A stretch of DNA of 64,000 nucleotides from Syntrophorhabdaceae bacterium (GCA_963666485.2 CAXXUO010000002.1:352001-416000), one strand, 5' to 3'. Counted from the first letter of the stretch, positions 8,757 to 19,627 are shown. Numbers and translations are program-made. Notes: generated from the letters alone by a model not told the origin.

Positions 8757-10661
8757 TCAAACCGTACTTAATTTCAGCGTGCCCGTTCCGGACGTGTTAT
8801 ATCCCCCCATGCCCTCGAGGCGGCGGGCGAACTCGCCCGACAGTATCGTGTCCATCAGCATGGAATAACGTACGTCACTCATGGCGTCCTCCGTCACGAT
8901 AAGATCGTAGTCTTCCTCGGCAAGCGGGATAAAATCGAGCGAAAACGCCCGGGCAACCGAATATATCCCGATACCGGCATCGGCGATGGATTCGCGGACG
9001 AGTATCCCGACAGCGGTATGCGAGGATTCTTCCCTGTCATAACCGGTAATGGACCTTTTTTCAACCCCTTCCACATCGAGCAGGTGATCGAAGAGGATCC
9101 GGGTGCCCGAACCGATCTGCCTGTTGACAAACCTCACGCCATTCCGGGCGAGGTCCTTGATGCCGTGTATGGACAGGGGATTGCCCGGCCTGACAAGTAT
9201 ACCCTGCTGACGTTTGGCGATGTGAATGAGCTTCAAAGGAATATCCGCAAGGTATTTCTTTACCACGGGAATATTGTATGTAACACCGTCATCATCGAGG
9301 ATGTGCGTCGTCGCGAAACCGGCGACGCCCGAACGCACAGCAAGTATCCCGCTCAAGCTCCCGGTATGGGTCGAGATAAGGTCGACGCCCCGGTGGCGCC
9401 CTTTGACGATATCGCGTGCAACATCGAGCGAAAGATCGTGGCTGCCGATAATATGGATGCACCCCTGTATGGCGGATTCATCGCGCAGAAGTTCACAGGG
9501 CACCTCTTCGCCCTGCGCCAAGCCTTCCTTTTGCTCGGGAATACGGATAAGGCCGTCCGCCCTGGCCATCGATGAGAAGGCGCTCGCGCCCCTCGGCAAG
9601 GGTATCGCGTAATATCTTCCGCCATTGCTGACGAGGTTGACCCGTATTATCTCCTCTATGCCGATCCTCGACGGTATCTTGTAGGCCGCCATGCACGGGA
9701 CGGTCCGCGCATGAAATGTGACACCCAGGTGCTCTTCGCACACCGGCCTCACAAATCTCATAAAGGTCAGGACGGCCGAAACGGGGTATCCCGGAATGCC
9801 GAACACAGGGGTACCGCCGACAACGCCGAACAGAAGCGGTTTGCCCGGCATCATCGAGACCCCGTGGAAAACGACCTTCCCTGCCTCGTCGATGACGCTT
9901 CCCGTGAAATCTTCAGTCCCCGCACTCGACCCCGCGTTGATCAGGACAATATCATACGCCGCAGAACCGTTCCTCACCGTTTCGAGGAGTTCGTCCCGTG
10001 TCGTTACGATAGGCGATACCGACGGGTCGCAGCCCGATCCGGCGGCAAGGGCGCTCAGAGTATACGAGTTGAAATCGATAAGACCTGCCGCGGGGTTGGC
10101 GTGACTGTCCTTGAATATGTCTATCAATTCTTTCCCCGTCGGGACCACGAGGACCCTCGGCCGTTTGCGGACAGCCACGTCCGTGATACCGGCGGATATG
10201 ATCATGCCCATGTCGAACGCACTTATCACGTGATTGACGGGCAGCAGCATGTCCTTCTCTATGACGTCCTCGCCGACCATCCGCGTGTTCTGCCAGAGAT
10301 AGGCCGGTTTCCGTATCGTGATCGCGCCGCCGGAAACCTCGGCGTCCTCCACCATGATCACCGCGTCCGTGCCGTGCGGCAGGATGTCGCCCGTGTTGAG
10401 GGCAAACGCATCGGAACCGCACGTGAGCACGAGCGGGCTCGCAACATCGGCGCCGAGCGTATTTTCATGAACGACCGCAAATCCATCCATCGCGGAGCAC
10501 AGGAACGGCGGGTTCGAGACGTTCGCGTACACAGGCCTCGCCGTCACCCTGCCGAGGCATGCATGGGCGGGCAGGTTTTCTTCCCCGAGACCGGGCCTGA
10601 CATGTTCCAGGATCAGGCGGAGAGCTTCGTCGCTGGAAATTGTTTTCAGGTATCGCTTCAC
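8757..10661 (-). CDS. moeA: MoeA fused to C-terminal PBP (substrate-binding) domain
   Basis: SAMDGFAV, GSSAGTED, PGKP, PGYPVSA; then GSHD, GSLSG, NRQIGSGTR, YDREESSH, EEDYD. Confidence 0.9.
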   Translation of the reverse strand: MKRYLKTISSDEALRLILEHVRPGLGEENLPAHACLGRVTARPVYANVSNPPFLCSAMDGFAVVHENTLGADVASPLVLTCGSDAFALNTGDILPHGTDAVIMVEDAEVSGGAITIRKPAYLWQNTRMVGEDVIEKDMLLPVNHVISAFDMGMIISAGITDVAVRKRPRVLVVPTGKELIDIFKDSHANPAAGLIDFNSYTLSALAAGSGCDPSVSPIVTTRDELLETVRNGSAAYDIVLINAGSSAGTEDFTGSVIDEAGKVVFHGVSMMPGKPLLFGVVGGTPVFGIPGYPVSAVLTFMRFVRPVCEEHLGVTFHARTVPCMAAYKIPSRIGIEEIIRVNLVSNGGRYYAIPLPRGASAFSSMARADGLIRIPEQKEGLAQGEEVPCELLRDESAIQGCIHIIGSHDLSLDVARDIVKGRHRGVDLISTHTGSLSGILAVRSGVAGFATTHILDDDGVTYNIPVVKKYLADIPLKLIHIAKRQQGILVRPGNPLSIHGIKDLARNGVRFVNRQIGSGTRILFDHLLDVEGVEKRSITGYDREESSHTAVGILVRESIADAGIGIYSVARAFSLDFIPLAEEDYDLIVTEDAMSDVRYSMLMDTILSGEFARRLEGMGGYNTSGTGTLKLSTV

Positions 10662-10682
10662 GGGAGCCCCCGCTGCAGTTCT

Positions 10683-11906
10683 CTATTCAAGGGGATAGAC
10701 CTCGACACGCTCATCTCTCTCAAGGCCCTCGACGCCTTCAGGCACTATTATGTATCCATGGGCCGCCGACAACGACGATATGACGGATGATTTTGCAAAG
10801 ATGGGTTCGACGAGCAGCGCATCGCCCTGCCCTGCGACCTTTACCCTGACGTATTCCTCGATACCGTACGATGACGGGACATTTGTCGTGAGCATCCCGG
10901 TCGGCACGAGTGAAGGCCCGGGGTCCTCGCCAGCCATATTTTTCAGAAGCGGCACAACAAACCTGACGGTCACCATCGCGCACGAAACGGGATGTCCCGG
11001 AAGGCCGAAGACCGGTTTCCCGAACAGCCGGCCGAAGATCGTCGGCTTTCCGGGCTTGATGTTAATGCCGTGAAAAAGTATCTCACCGCCAAGCTCCACG
11101 ATCGAATCCGTTATATGGTCCCGCTCGCCTTTGGAACTTCCCCCCGATATGAGGATGAGGTCATATCCTGCGGCGGCCGACAATTTCTCCGTTATGTCCT
11201 CGATGGTGTCACGGGCAAGACCGGCAAAATGAACGTCCGACCCCGAGGCCCTCACCAGCGAGCCCACGGTGTGCCTGTTTATGTCCCGCACCTTGCCAAA
11301 GGGCGGCTTTTCATCGACAGGAACTATCTCATCCCCGGACGACAGGAGGGCAACGCGCGGCTTTTTGAAAACAGGCACGCGTCCTTTGCCTATTGCCGCC
11401 AGGACCCCGGCGTCAAAGGAGGATATCCTTTTGCCTTTCCTGACGATCACGGAGTTTTCGGAGATGTCTTCGCCGGGATAGACGATGTTTTCATTCCTGG
11501 AGACCGGCCGTGTAATTTCCACTTCACCGCGCATCTCGCGGACATATTCCTGCATAACGACGCCGTCTGCGCCATCCGGCACCATCGAACCCGTGCTCAC
11601 CCGGACCGCATTGCCTTCCCTGACAGTGATGCCGGCCGGCTCGCCGATGCGTACCTCGCCTGACATTTTCAGGAACGCCGGGTTCGTCTCGCGGGCGCCC
11701 TGAACATCTTTTACGATGACTGCGTATCCATCGACGAGGGACCGCGCAAATCCCGGGATCGCCTCCGGCGAGATCATGTCTTCTGCGGCTACCCTGCCCG
11801 GGGCCGATGCGAGCTCGACCGATTCATCCGCGCGGTCGAAACTGATAGCTTCTATCCTTGCAAAAGCCTCCCGGACAGTGACCGATGTGAGAAATTCCGA
11901 CGACAT
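10683..11906 (-). CDS. moeA: Molybdopterin molybdenumtransferase MoeA
   Basis: RSLVDGYAV, STGSMVP.GADGVVMQE, SSGDE, SGGSS.G, KPGKPT, LPGHPVS. Confidence 0.92.
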   Translation of the reverse strand: MSSEFLTSVTVREAFARIEAISFDRADESVELASAPGRVAAEDMISPEAIPGFARSLVDGYAVIVKDVQGARETNPAFLKMSGEVRIGEPAGITVREGNAVRVSTGSMVPDGADGVVMQEYVREMRGEVEITRPVSRNENIVYPGEDISENSVIVRKGKRISSFDAGVLAAIGKGRVPVFKKPRVALLSSGDEIVPVDEKPPFGKVRDINRHTVGSLVRASGSDVHFAGLARDTIEDITEKLSAAAGYDLILISGGSSKGERDHITDSIVELGGEILFHGINIKPGKPTIFGRLFGKPVFGLPGHPVSCAMVTVRFVVPLLKNMAGEDPGPSLVPTGMLTTNVPSSYGIEEYVRVKVAGQGDALLVEPIFAKSSVISSLSAAHGYIIVPEGVEGLERDERVEVYPLE

Positions 11907-11994
11907 ACGCACCTTATAATAGCATAATGGCAGCGGTTTTTCCTTCTTAATCCCCCTTGTTAATTTTGCGAAAAACGGGTATCATACCAGTAAT

Positions 11995-12606
11995 ATGACA
12001 CCAAAACGGATTATACTCGTCGATTTCGAGAACATACAAAGGCTTGACTTTGACAATATGGACATATCCAACACGAACCTGGCCATATTCGTCGGAAAAT
12101 CTCAGAACAAGATACCGTTTTCCCTCGTCGAAAAGGCGCAGTCGTTCGGTGAACGCCTCGTCTGGATAAAAATAGCCGGGGACGGGAAGAACAATCTCGA
12201 TTTTCACCTTGCGTTCGAGCTTGGAAGGCTCTGTGAGAGGATGGAAAAAGACGTTGAATTGATCATACTTTCAAAGGACAGCGGATACGATTCCCTGATC
12301 CGGTACGTGAACGAGCTCGGGATCAAGACGCGCAGGATCGCGAATCCCGCCGAATTGTCGGACAACACAAAACCGTTGCCGTCTTCAAACTACACGAAGT
12401 ACATCGTCAACAACCTCACGAAGATAGACGGCCAGAAGCGCCCCCGCACCGTGAGGACACTCAGGAAGCACATAGAGTCGCTTCTGCGCGACAAGGCCGC
12501 TGCGAGCGAGATAGACGCCATTCTCGAAGAGATGTTTATCAAGGGACTGCTCGCCGAAATCAACAACCGGCTGAAATACACCTTCGATACATCCGAAGCA
12601 TCTTAA
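11995..12606 (+). CDS. PIN/NYN-like domain protein
   Basis: LVDFENIQ, GKNNLDFHLAFELG, LSKDSGYD acidic motifs; C-terminal helical RP-x-T domain. Confidence 0.75.
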   Translation: MTPKRIILVDFENIQRLDFDNMDISNTNLAIFVGKSQNKIPFSLVEKAQSFGERLVWIKIAGDGKNNLDFHLAFELGRLCERMEKDVELIILSKDSGYDSLIRYVNELGIKTRRIANPAELSDNTKPLPSSNYTKYIVNNLTKIDGQKRPRTVRTLRKHIESLLRDKAAASEIDAILEEMFIKGLLAEINNRLKYTFDTSEAS

Positions 12607-12657
12607 AGGTCCCGCACCCAGAGCGGGCCGATCTCATTTTTTCCGGGGGAGCGATCA

Positions 12658-13698
12658 ATGTACGAGAAATGGCGCGGCCCTCATCCGGTCAAGGCAATAA
12701 TTCTTGCCGTCATACTGGCCATTATCCCGTCATGGACCATGGCAGGGGACCAGCAGTTCTTCGCCCTGGGGGACGTAAGACTCGAGCTGGGAGGCATGAT
12801 CAAAGAATGTGTCCTCGGCTACCGGACATATGGGATCCTCAACGAGGCACGGTCGAACGCGGTATTGTTCCCGACCTGGTATACCGGGACGTCTCAAGAA
12901 CTCGAGCCTTTCATCGGGCCGGGGAAAATGCTCGACACGTCACGGTATTTTGTCATAGGCGTCGATTCGTTCGGCAACGGGATCTCATCATCGCCCTCGA
13001 ACAGTCCACATCAAAAAGGCCGCTCCTTCCCGGAATTCACGATCGGGGACATGGTCAGGGCACAGGTGAGGCTCGCATCGGAAAAGTTCGGCATAACGCG
13101 TCTCCACGCGGTCGCAGGCATTTCGATGGGAGGTCTGCAGGCATACTATTGGGCGGCGGCATTTCCGGGCTCAGTCCGCAAGGTCGTTGCCATAACAGGT
13201 ACCCCGCGACCCACCGCCTACGACCTTCTCTTGTTCGGAACACAGCTTGCCCTGCTTGATGGCGATCATGCGGGGACAGGATGGGACACCGTCTCACTGC
13301 GCGCCGTCACAGGCCTCAACGCGATGGCGGCGAACACCCCGGCGCGATTCAACAGCCTCACCGGCCGGGACGGCCTCACATCACGCGTCGAAAAGGATGA
13401 GGACATTTTCAGGAAGAAGGACCCTCTCGACCTGGCCTCGCAGATGAAGGCCCTTATCAGGCACGACATATACACGCTGCCCGAAGCGAAGGCGAACATA
13501 GCGCGCCTCGACCGTTCATCCATGCTTTCGGTGATATCCAAACAGGACAGGATGGTAAACCCGGGCCCCGCCACACAGTTCGCCGCATCAACGGGCACCG
13601 CCTCCGCCGTCTTTGACAGCGACTGCGGACACTACATTTTCCAGTGTGAATACGCGGCGATCACCACGATCGTATCGGAGTTCCTTCAAAAACCGTAA
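12658..13698 (+). CDS. Exported alpha/beta hydrolase, homoserine acetyltransferase (MetX)-like
   Basis: Signal peptide; YRTYG.LN..RSNAVL, GISMGG nucleophile elbow, D..V.P, SDCGH. Confidence 0.8.
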   Translation: MYEKWRGPHPVKAIILAVILAIIPSWTMAGDQQFFALGDVRLELGGMIKECVLGYRTYGILNEARSNAVLFPTWYTGTSQELEPFIGPGKMLDTSRYFVIGVDSFGNGISSSPSNSPHQKGRSFPEFTIGDMVRAQVRLASEKFGITRLHAVAGISMGGLQAYYWAAAFPGSVRKVVAITGTPRPTAYDLLLFGTQLALLDGDHAGTGWDTVSLRAVTGLNAMAANTPARFNSLTGRDGLTSRVEKDEDIFRKKDPLDLASQMKALIRHDIYTLPEAKANIARLDRSSMLSVISKQDRMVNPGPATQFAASTGTASAVFDSDCGHYIFQCEYAAITTIVSEFLQKP

Positions 13699-13759
13699 GG
13701 CGTGAGAGCGTAAGGCGTTACAAGATAAAGACACTGGATTCCGGCAAGCCGGAATGACG
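13693..13759. repeat. 7/8-mer array (CGTAAGG/CGTGAGAG) plus CGTC-type repeat subtype B (13727-13759)
   Basis: AAAGACACTGGATTCCGGCAAGCCGGAATGACG is identical to 15436-15468 and to the reverse complement of 54543-54575. Confidence 0.85.
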
Positions 13760-13839
13760 GTATTTGTTCTTTTAGGTATCGGGAAATATTCAGCCGCGGC
13801 TATGACTTTTTAAAATTTTTTGACAGGTGAAGAGAAACC

Positions 13840-15198
13840 TTACGCCGTACGCCGTCCCATAAACATAACCGTCTGCCCCTCCGCCTGGTCGAGGACCATT
13901 CCGGTCCATTCGATGGTTATTGTCCTGCCGGTGGGCCTTAAGGTATTCAGCTTTAAAGGGTCCGGGCTCCTGCCAAGTTGAAGGACCGTGTCCAGGAATT
14001 CCTTGAACAGGCCGGCGTCCTTTTCATCGAACATGTCCTGCATGCGGCGGCCGATGAGGTCCCGCGGGTGACCGGCGCCGAGCATGTCATAGGCAGCAGC
14101 ATTCGCAAATATGATGCGTCCCTCGTTGACGGTAAGGATCGCGTCCGGGAGCATCTCGATCAGCTGACGATATCGTTTTTCACTTTGCAGCAGGGCCTCT
14201 TCGACCCGTCTTCGATCGGTGATGTCTTCCACGATAGACACAACTTCCGCGATCTTTCCTTTTTCATTCTTGAGCGGCGTGCTATTGACGCTTACAATGA
14301 CAGTTGACCCGTCTTTCTTGACCATTTCATACTGCTTGTCGTACGACACCCCTTTCTTGATCACCTCCCTGACCGTCCGATGGACCCGGGGAAGGTCATG
14401 GGGATGAAAAAGGGCGGCTATCGGCCGGCCGATGATCTCATTTTTTTCATATCCGAGCACGTCCCTGATCTTCGCGTTACAATCGACGATGATCCCTTTT
14501 TTATCTGTCGTTGCGATCAGGTTGGCAACCGATTCGAAGATGGAAAGATAATTATGTTCGCTCGCCCGAAGGGCTTCGCCCCCTCGCCGGAGCATCTCCT
14601 GGAGTTTCTTATGGTCCTTGATGAGATCGAGAAGATGTTCGGCGCTGAGCTTTTTTATTGCTTCATTGGGCGTTGCCGAGGGATCGGGGAAGAGGAAATT
14701 CTCATAAACTCCATCCCCGATAATCAGCGACGGGAAAACAGCGAGCACATGAAAAAGGGCCTCCGGCGAGATCCTTTCTATACAGTACATAAAAACGGCA
14801 ATGGACCGTTCATTGACGATAGGCCCGAGGTCACGGGAAATATGGGAGAACCATTTTCTGCCAACCTTCCTCAAGCTTTCCGTGTCGTCGACGGCGACAC
14901 GGATCGTCTCGGACGCATCCGGCCCGCACATCTGTCTGAAAATTCCGGCGGGTTCCTGTTCTTCCCTGTTCGCGAGGAGCAATTTTCCGGCTCTGCGCGC
15001 CTCTTCGACATCAACGCCATTACCCCGGAGCAGATCTATAAATGCGTGGTCACTGTGGTTTGAATTGACAAAAAGATTTTTTTCGTTCCTGTCGAAACCC
15101 TGTTTAAAATAGGAGCATAAAAAGAGGTCGGCTTCGTCCTGATTAACGTAAAGGTAGCAATAATTTTCTCCGGGTTTTAATAACCGCAGTTTCGGCAT
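13840..15198 (-). CDS. MEDS-PAS-PAS sensory protein without output domain
   Basis: N-terminal MEDS pattern (PGENYCYLY..F..G..RNEK); PAS1 ending EDITDRR; PAS2 ending abruptly MFMGRRTA. Confidence 0.75.
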   Translation of the reverse strand: MPKLRLLKPGENYCYLYVNQDEADLFLCSYFKQGFDRNEKNLFVNSNHSDHAFIDLLRGNGVDVEEARRAGKLLLANREEQEPAGIFRQMCGPDASETIRVAVDDTESLRKVGRKWFSHISRDLGPIVNERSIAVFMYCIERISPEALFHVLAVFPSLIIGDGVYENFLFPDPSATPNEAIKKLSAEHLLDLIKDHKKLQEMLRRGGEALRASEHNYLSIFESVANLIATTDKKGIIVDCNAKIRDVLGYEKNEIIGRPIAALFHPHDLPRVHRTVREVIKKGVSYDKQYEMVKKDGSTVIVSVNSTPLKNEKGKIAEVVSIVEDITDRRRVEEALLQSEKRYRQLIEMLPDAILTVNEGRIIFANAAAYDMLGAGHPRDLIGRRMQDMFDEKDAGLFKEFLDTVLQLGRSPDPLKLNTLRPTGRTITIEWTGMVLDQAEGQTVMFMGRRTA

Positions 15199-15354
15199 CG
15201 GGTTACCCTGCTAACAAATGTTTATTGCACGCTAGTACCATAATTACACATTCTTTACCAGATTACGAGTCCTTTTTCCTTAAAAATTGCTAAAATAGGC
15301 TTCGCAGCCGAACCATTACATAAGGCGTAAGCCGTAAGTCGCTGTAACCCCATC

Positions 15355-15569
15355 CGTCATTCCGCCGGCCTTTGCGGCGGAATCCAGCGTCTCTAACATG
15401 TTCGTCCTATCCTGCATTACGAAAGAAGGGGAGCCAAAGACACTGGATTCCGGCAAGCCGGAATGACGGCCCGACGATGTCTCGCGCGTCTTGACAGTAT
15501 TTCAAGAAAATTTAAATGAGGAAAAATTTAAGAAAACCTTGGATCCCGGTGTCAAGCACCGGGATGACG
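15355..15569. repeat. Cluster of three CGTC-type palindromic repeats (15355-15392, 15436-15468, 15533-15569)
   Basis: The first two form an inverted dimer; the third is subtype A. Confidence 0.88.
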
Positions 15570-15582
15570 GACAGTGGTAGAT

Positions 15583-15680
15583 GCCGTTAGCCGTTAGCCT
15601 TTAGCCTTTAGCCGTTAGCCTTTAGCCGTTAGCCGTTAGCCTTTAGCCGTTAGCCGTTAGCCTTTAGCCTTTAGCCGTTT
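15583..15680. repeat. Heptamer array GCC(G/T)TTA x14
   Basis: Read directly; runs into the stop of the minus-strand gene at 15679. Confidence 0.92.
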
Positions 15681-16086
15681 ATCTAAGCATCCAGTGGATA
15701 GATGCCGCGCAGATGATGGTGAGTGCTGCAAGAACGGTGAGGATCGTCGGCCATTCCCACTGGCCCATCTTTACTATTTCGCGCCAATCGCAGTTCGTAC
15801 AGTAAAAGACCTTCCGTCCGGCATATTTCAGGACCCATTCACGGGGATGTGCCCTGTAGCTTCTCTTCACTTCATGCCCGCATTCGGGGCATTTCAAAGA
15901 CGTGAGCGCCTGGCGCAAATAGAGCGGTCCCATGTCTGAGGCTGGCCGCGTCGCTCCGTATTGCATCAGGTGCGGATACTGCGTGTGGTCGGCGATAAAA
16001 TCGATGTCTTTGAGGCCCCTGTTTCTTTCATCTACAGAGACACGGAGACTGCCTTTTTGGATTTTTGAGATTGCGTTCTGGTCCAT
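15679..16086 (-). CDS. Hypothetical zinc-ribbon protein with C-terminal TM
   Basis: CPEC...CTNC, hydrophobic C-terminus; GGGGGG RBS-like stretch. Confidence 0.6.
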   Translation of the reverse strand: MDQNAISKIQKGSLRVSVDERNRGLKDIDFIADHTQYPHLMQYGATRPASDMGPLYLRQALTSLKCPECGHEVKRSYRAHPREWVLKYAGRKVFYCTNCDWREIVKMGQWEWPTILTVLAALTIICAASIHWMLR

Positions 16087-16162
16087 GAACACCCCCCGAT
16101 GTTCCAGAATCTGTTATTGCGTTTTAACTACTGCCAGAGAAGTGAAGCAAACTATTATATAA

Positions 16163-16244
16163 TGCCGAAGGCGGGATTTGAACCCGCACGAGTCTCCCCG
16201 CCACCCCCTCAAGATGGTGTGTCTGCCAATTCCACCACTTCGGC
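16163..16244 (-). tRNA. tRNA-Leu(GAG)
   Basis: Reverse complement GCCGAAGTGGTGGAATTGGCAGACACACCATCTT-GAG-GGGGTGG, long variable arm, GGTTCAAATCCCGCCTTCGGCA; conserved position after secG. Confidence 0.95.
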
Positions 16245-16252
16245 ATTCTTTA

Positions 16253-16573
16253 TCATTTCGTTCCCTGCGCGGGAGCGGCCGGCGGGGCCGGCACAGGCGC
16301 AGTCTGCTCGGTCTGTGCAGGCACGGCCCTTAACGTGCTCCCTTTATGACTGTACGTGTACGCCAGCACTAAACTTGTCAACATAAAAACGACCGCTGCG
16401 ATTGTCGTCAGTTTGGTCATGAAACTGGACGAACCGGAGCTGCCGAACAGCGTCTGGCTCGAGCCCCCGCCGAAAGCAGCACCGATGTCGGACCCGCGGC
16501 CGGTCTGCAGCAATACGATCAGAATAAGACCGATCGCTATAATAACGTGGATAATGCCGATGGCTATAGTCAT
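16253..16573 (-). CDS. secG: Preprotein translocase subunit SecG
   Basis: VLLQTGRGSDIGAAFGGG, FMTKLT; tpiA-secG-tRNA-Leu synteny. Confidence 0.93.
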   Translation of the reverse strand: MTIAIGIIHVIIAIGLILIVLLQTGRGSDIGAAFGGGSSQTLFGSSGSSSFMTKLTTIAAVVFMLTSLVLAYTYSHKGSTLRAVPAQTEQTAPVPAPPAAPAQGTK

Positions 16574-17331
16574 GTATTTTTCTCCAATGCGCGGCTTATT
16601 ATACCAAGAAAGTTTTCAGATTTCAAGGATGCACCGCCAACAAGTGCACCATTTATATCTTTCATGGCAATTAATTCGCCGAAATTATCGGCTGTAACGG
16701 AGCCGCCATAGAGAATCCTGACGTCCAGGGCAGAACTGCCGTAGACATCCGATAAGATATTCCTGATAAATTCATGGACCTCCCCGGCTTCAACGGGGGT
16801 AGCGTTCTTCCCGGTGCCTATCGCCCAGACCGGCTCGTAGGCGATGGTGATATTGCCGAGGTCTTTTATTCCGGCAAGCGCTTTTTTGACCTGTATCCCG
16901 ACGACGAATTCCGTTATACCCGCTTCGCGTTCCTCGTCCGTCTCACCGACACAGATTATCGGCTTCAGGTCTGATGCGAGGCATTTTTTCGCCTTCAGGT
17001 TCACGTTCTCGTCGGTTTCGTGAAAGTATTTCCGCCGTTCCGAATGCCCTATTATCGCGTATGTGCAGCCGGCATCCTTCAGCATTGCCGGTGATATCTC
17101 GCCTGTATATGCGCCTTTATCCTCAAAAAAGATATTCTGGGACGCAAGGGCCACGGGGGTTCCTTTTATAACGTCGTGAACACTCTTGAGAACAGTAAAG
17201 GACGGCGCGAGGACCACCTCTCCTTTCCCGGATATATCCGGCAGGCCGGCGATTATTTCCCTGGCAAGCGCCTGGCCTTCGGCCGCGGTATTGTTCATTT
17301 TCCAGTTTCCGGCTACCATCCATTTCGCCAT
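16570..17331 (-). CDS. tpiA: Triosephosphate isomerase
   Basis: AGNWKMN, GHSERR, AYEPVWAIGTG, YGGSV, LVGGASL. Confidence 0.97.
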   Translation of the reverse strand: MAKWMVAGNWKMNNTAAEGQALAREIIAGLPDISGKGEVVLAPSFTVLKSVHDVIKGTPVALASQNIFFEDKGAYTGEISPAMLKDAGCTYAIIGHSERRKYFHETDENVNLKAKKCLASDLKPIICVGETDEEREAGITEFVVGIQVKKALAGIKDLGNITIAYEPVWAIGTGKNATPVEAGEVHEFIRNILSDVYGSSALDVRILYGGSVTADNFGELIAMKDINGALVGGASLKSENFLGIISRALEKNT

Positions 17332-17332
17332 C

Positions 17333-18520
17333 TTAACCTCCACAGTGCTCAAGCGCGTCGACTGCCGGCATGGTCTTGCCTTCGAGCAGCTCGAGGAATG
17401 CCCCGCCCCCGGTGGAAATGTACGAGATCTTGTCGCTCACGCCCGCCTTGTGCACGGCCGAATCCGTATCGCCGCCGCCGATGATGGAAAGTGCGCCCGA
17501 TGCCGCGACGTCTTTTGCGAGCCCGAACGTGCCCTTGCTGAAAGGTTCGAGCTCGAACATGCCCATCGGGCCGTTCCAGACGATGGTCTTCGCATCCCGC
17601 ACGGCGCTGCCGAATATTTTCTGCGTTTCAGGCCCTATGTCCAGGCCCATCCAGTCCGCCGGTATACTGTCAACCGGGCACGCTTCGACTCTGGCGTCGG
17701 CTTCAGCCTTGTCTGCGACAATACAATCAACCGGCAGGAGTATCTTCACATTCTTCGACCCGGCTTTTTCCATGATACTCTTCGCCTTGTCGAGCATGTC
17801 GGGTTCGCAGATCGACTTGCCGATCTCCTTGCCCATGGCCTTCAAGAATGTGAAAGCCATGCCTCCGCCGATTATCAGCATATTGACTGTGTCGATGAGG
17901 TTCTCGAGGACGCCGATCTTGTCGGAGACCTTCGCACCGCCGATAATGGCAGCGAGCGGCCTTTGCGGGTCCTTCATAGCTTTGTTGAAATAATCGATCT
18001 CATCCTTGAGGAGAAAACCGGCCGCGCAGGTCTTGACGGCCTCCGTGATGGCCGAATTAGATGCCGCCTTTCTATGGGCGACGGCGAAAGCATCATCGAT
18101 ATAAACGTCCGCCAACTGTGCAAGCTGCCGGGCAAATTCCGGGTCGTTCTTTTCGTCACCAATGTGAAAGCGCAAATTCTCGAGCAAAATGACGTCGCCC
18201 GGCTTCATGGCGGCGACTGCGTTTTGCGCACTCTCGCCGATGCAGTCGTCCACGAACGGGACCTCTTTTCCGAGAAGCCCCGCAAGTATTGCGGCGCAGG
18301 GCCTCAAGGTGAGCTTGTCCACTCTTTGGCCTTTCGGGCGGCCCATATGGGAAATGAGGACAAGCTTCGAGCCCTTTTCCATGCAGTACCTGATGGTCCG
18401 AAGGTGGGCCTTGATCCTCGTCGTATCCGTAACGTTGCCGCCGGCGTCGACGGGTACGTTAAAATCGACACGCATCAGCACTCTCTTTCCCGAGATATCA
18501 ATTTGATCGATCGAATTCAT
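17333..18520 (-). CDS. pgk: Phosphoglycerate kinase
   Basis: RVDFNVP, SHMGRP, LLENLRF, GGAKVSDK, WNGPMG, GGGDT, STGGGA. Confidence 0.97.
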   Translation of the reverse strand: MNSIDQIDISGKRVLMRVDFNVPVDAGGNVTDTTRIKAHLRTIRYCMEKGSKLVLISHMGRPKGQRVDKLTLRPCAAILAGLLGKEVPFVDDCIGESAQNAVAAMKPGDVILLENLRFHIGDEKNDPEFARQLAQLADVYIDDAFAVAHRKAASNSAITEAVKTCAAGFLLKDEIDYFNKAMKDPQRPLAAIIGGAKVSDKIGVLENLIDTVNMLIIGGGMAFTFLKAMGKEIGKSICEPDMLDKAKSIMEKAGSKNVKILLPVDCIVADKAEADARVEACPVDSIPADWMGLDIGPETQKIFGSAVRDAKTIVWNGPMGMFELEPFSKGTFGLAKDVAASGALSIIGGGDTDSAVHKAGVSDKISYISTGGGAFLELLEGKTMPAVDALEHCGG

Positions 18521-18547
18521 AGGTTAGCTCCTTCCTGTACGAGTTGG

Positions 18548-19546
<999 letters not shown>

Positions 19547-19627
19547 AAACGGCCTCCCCTTGTTTTTTTATCAATAGTAATCAAAAGGGGGTATCATGTC
19601 AACCCATTAATAGTAAAGGATGGCGCC

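Noticed and set aside
11913..11994. Moco/Wco riboswitch upstream of moeA
   Set aside because: The gap is only ~80 nt, AT-rich, shared with a divergent gene, and shows no multi-stem structure
11995..16244. Genomic island integrated at tRNA-Leu
   Set aside because: No integrase and no duplicated tRNA 3' end found
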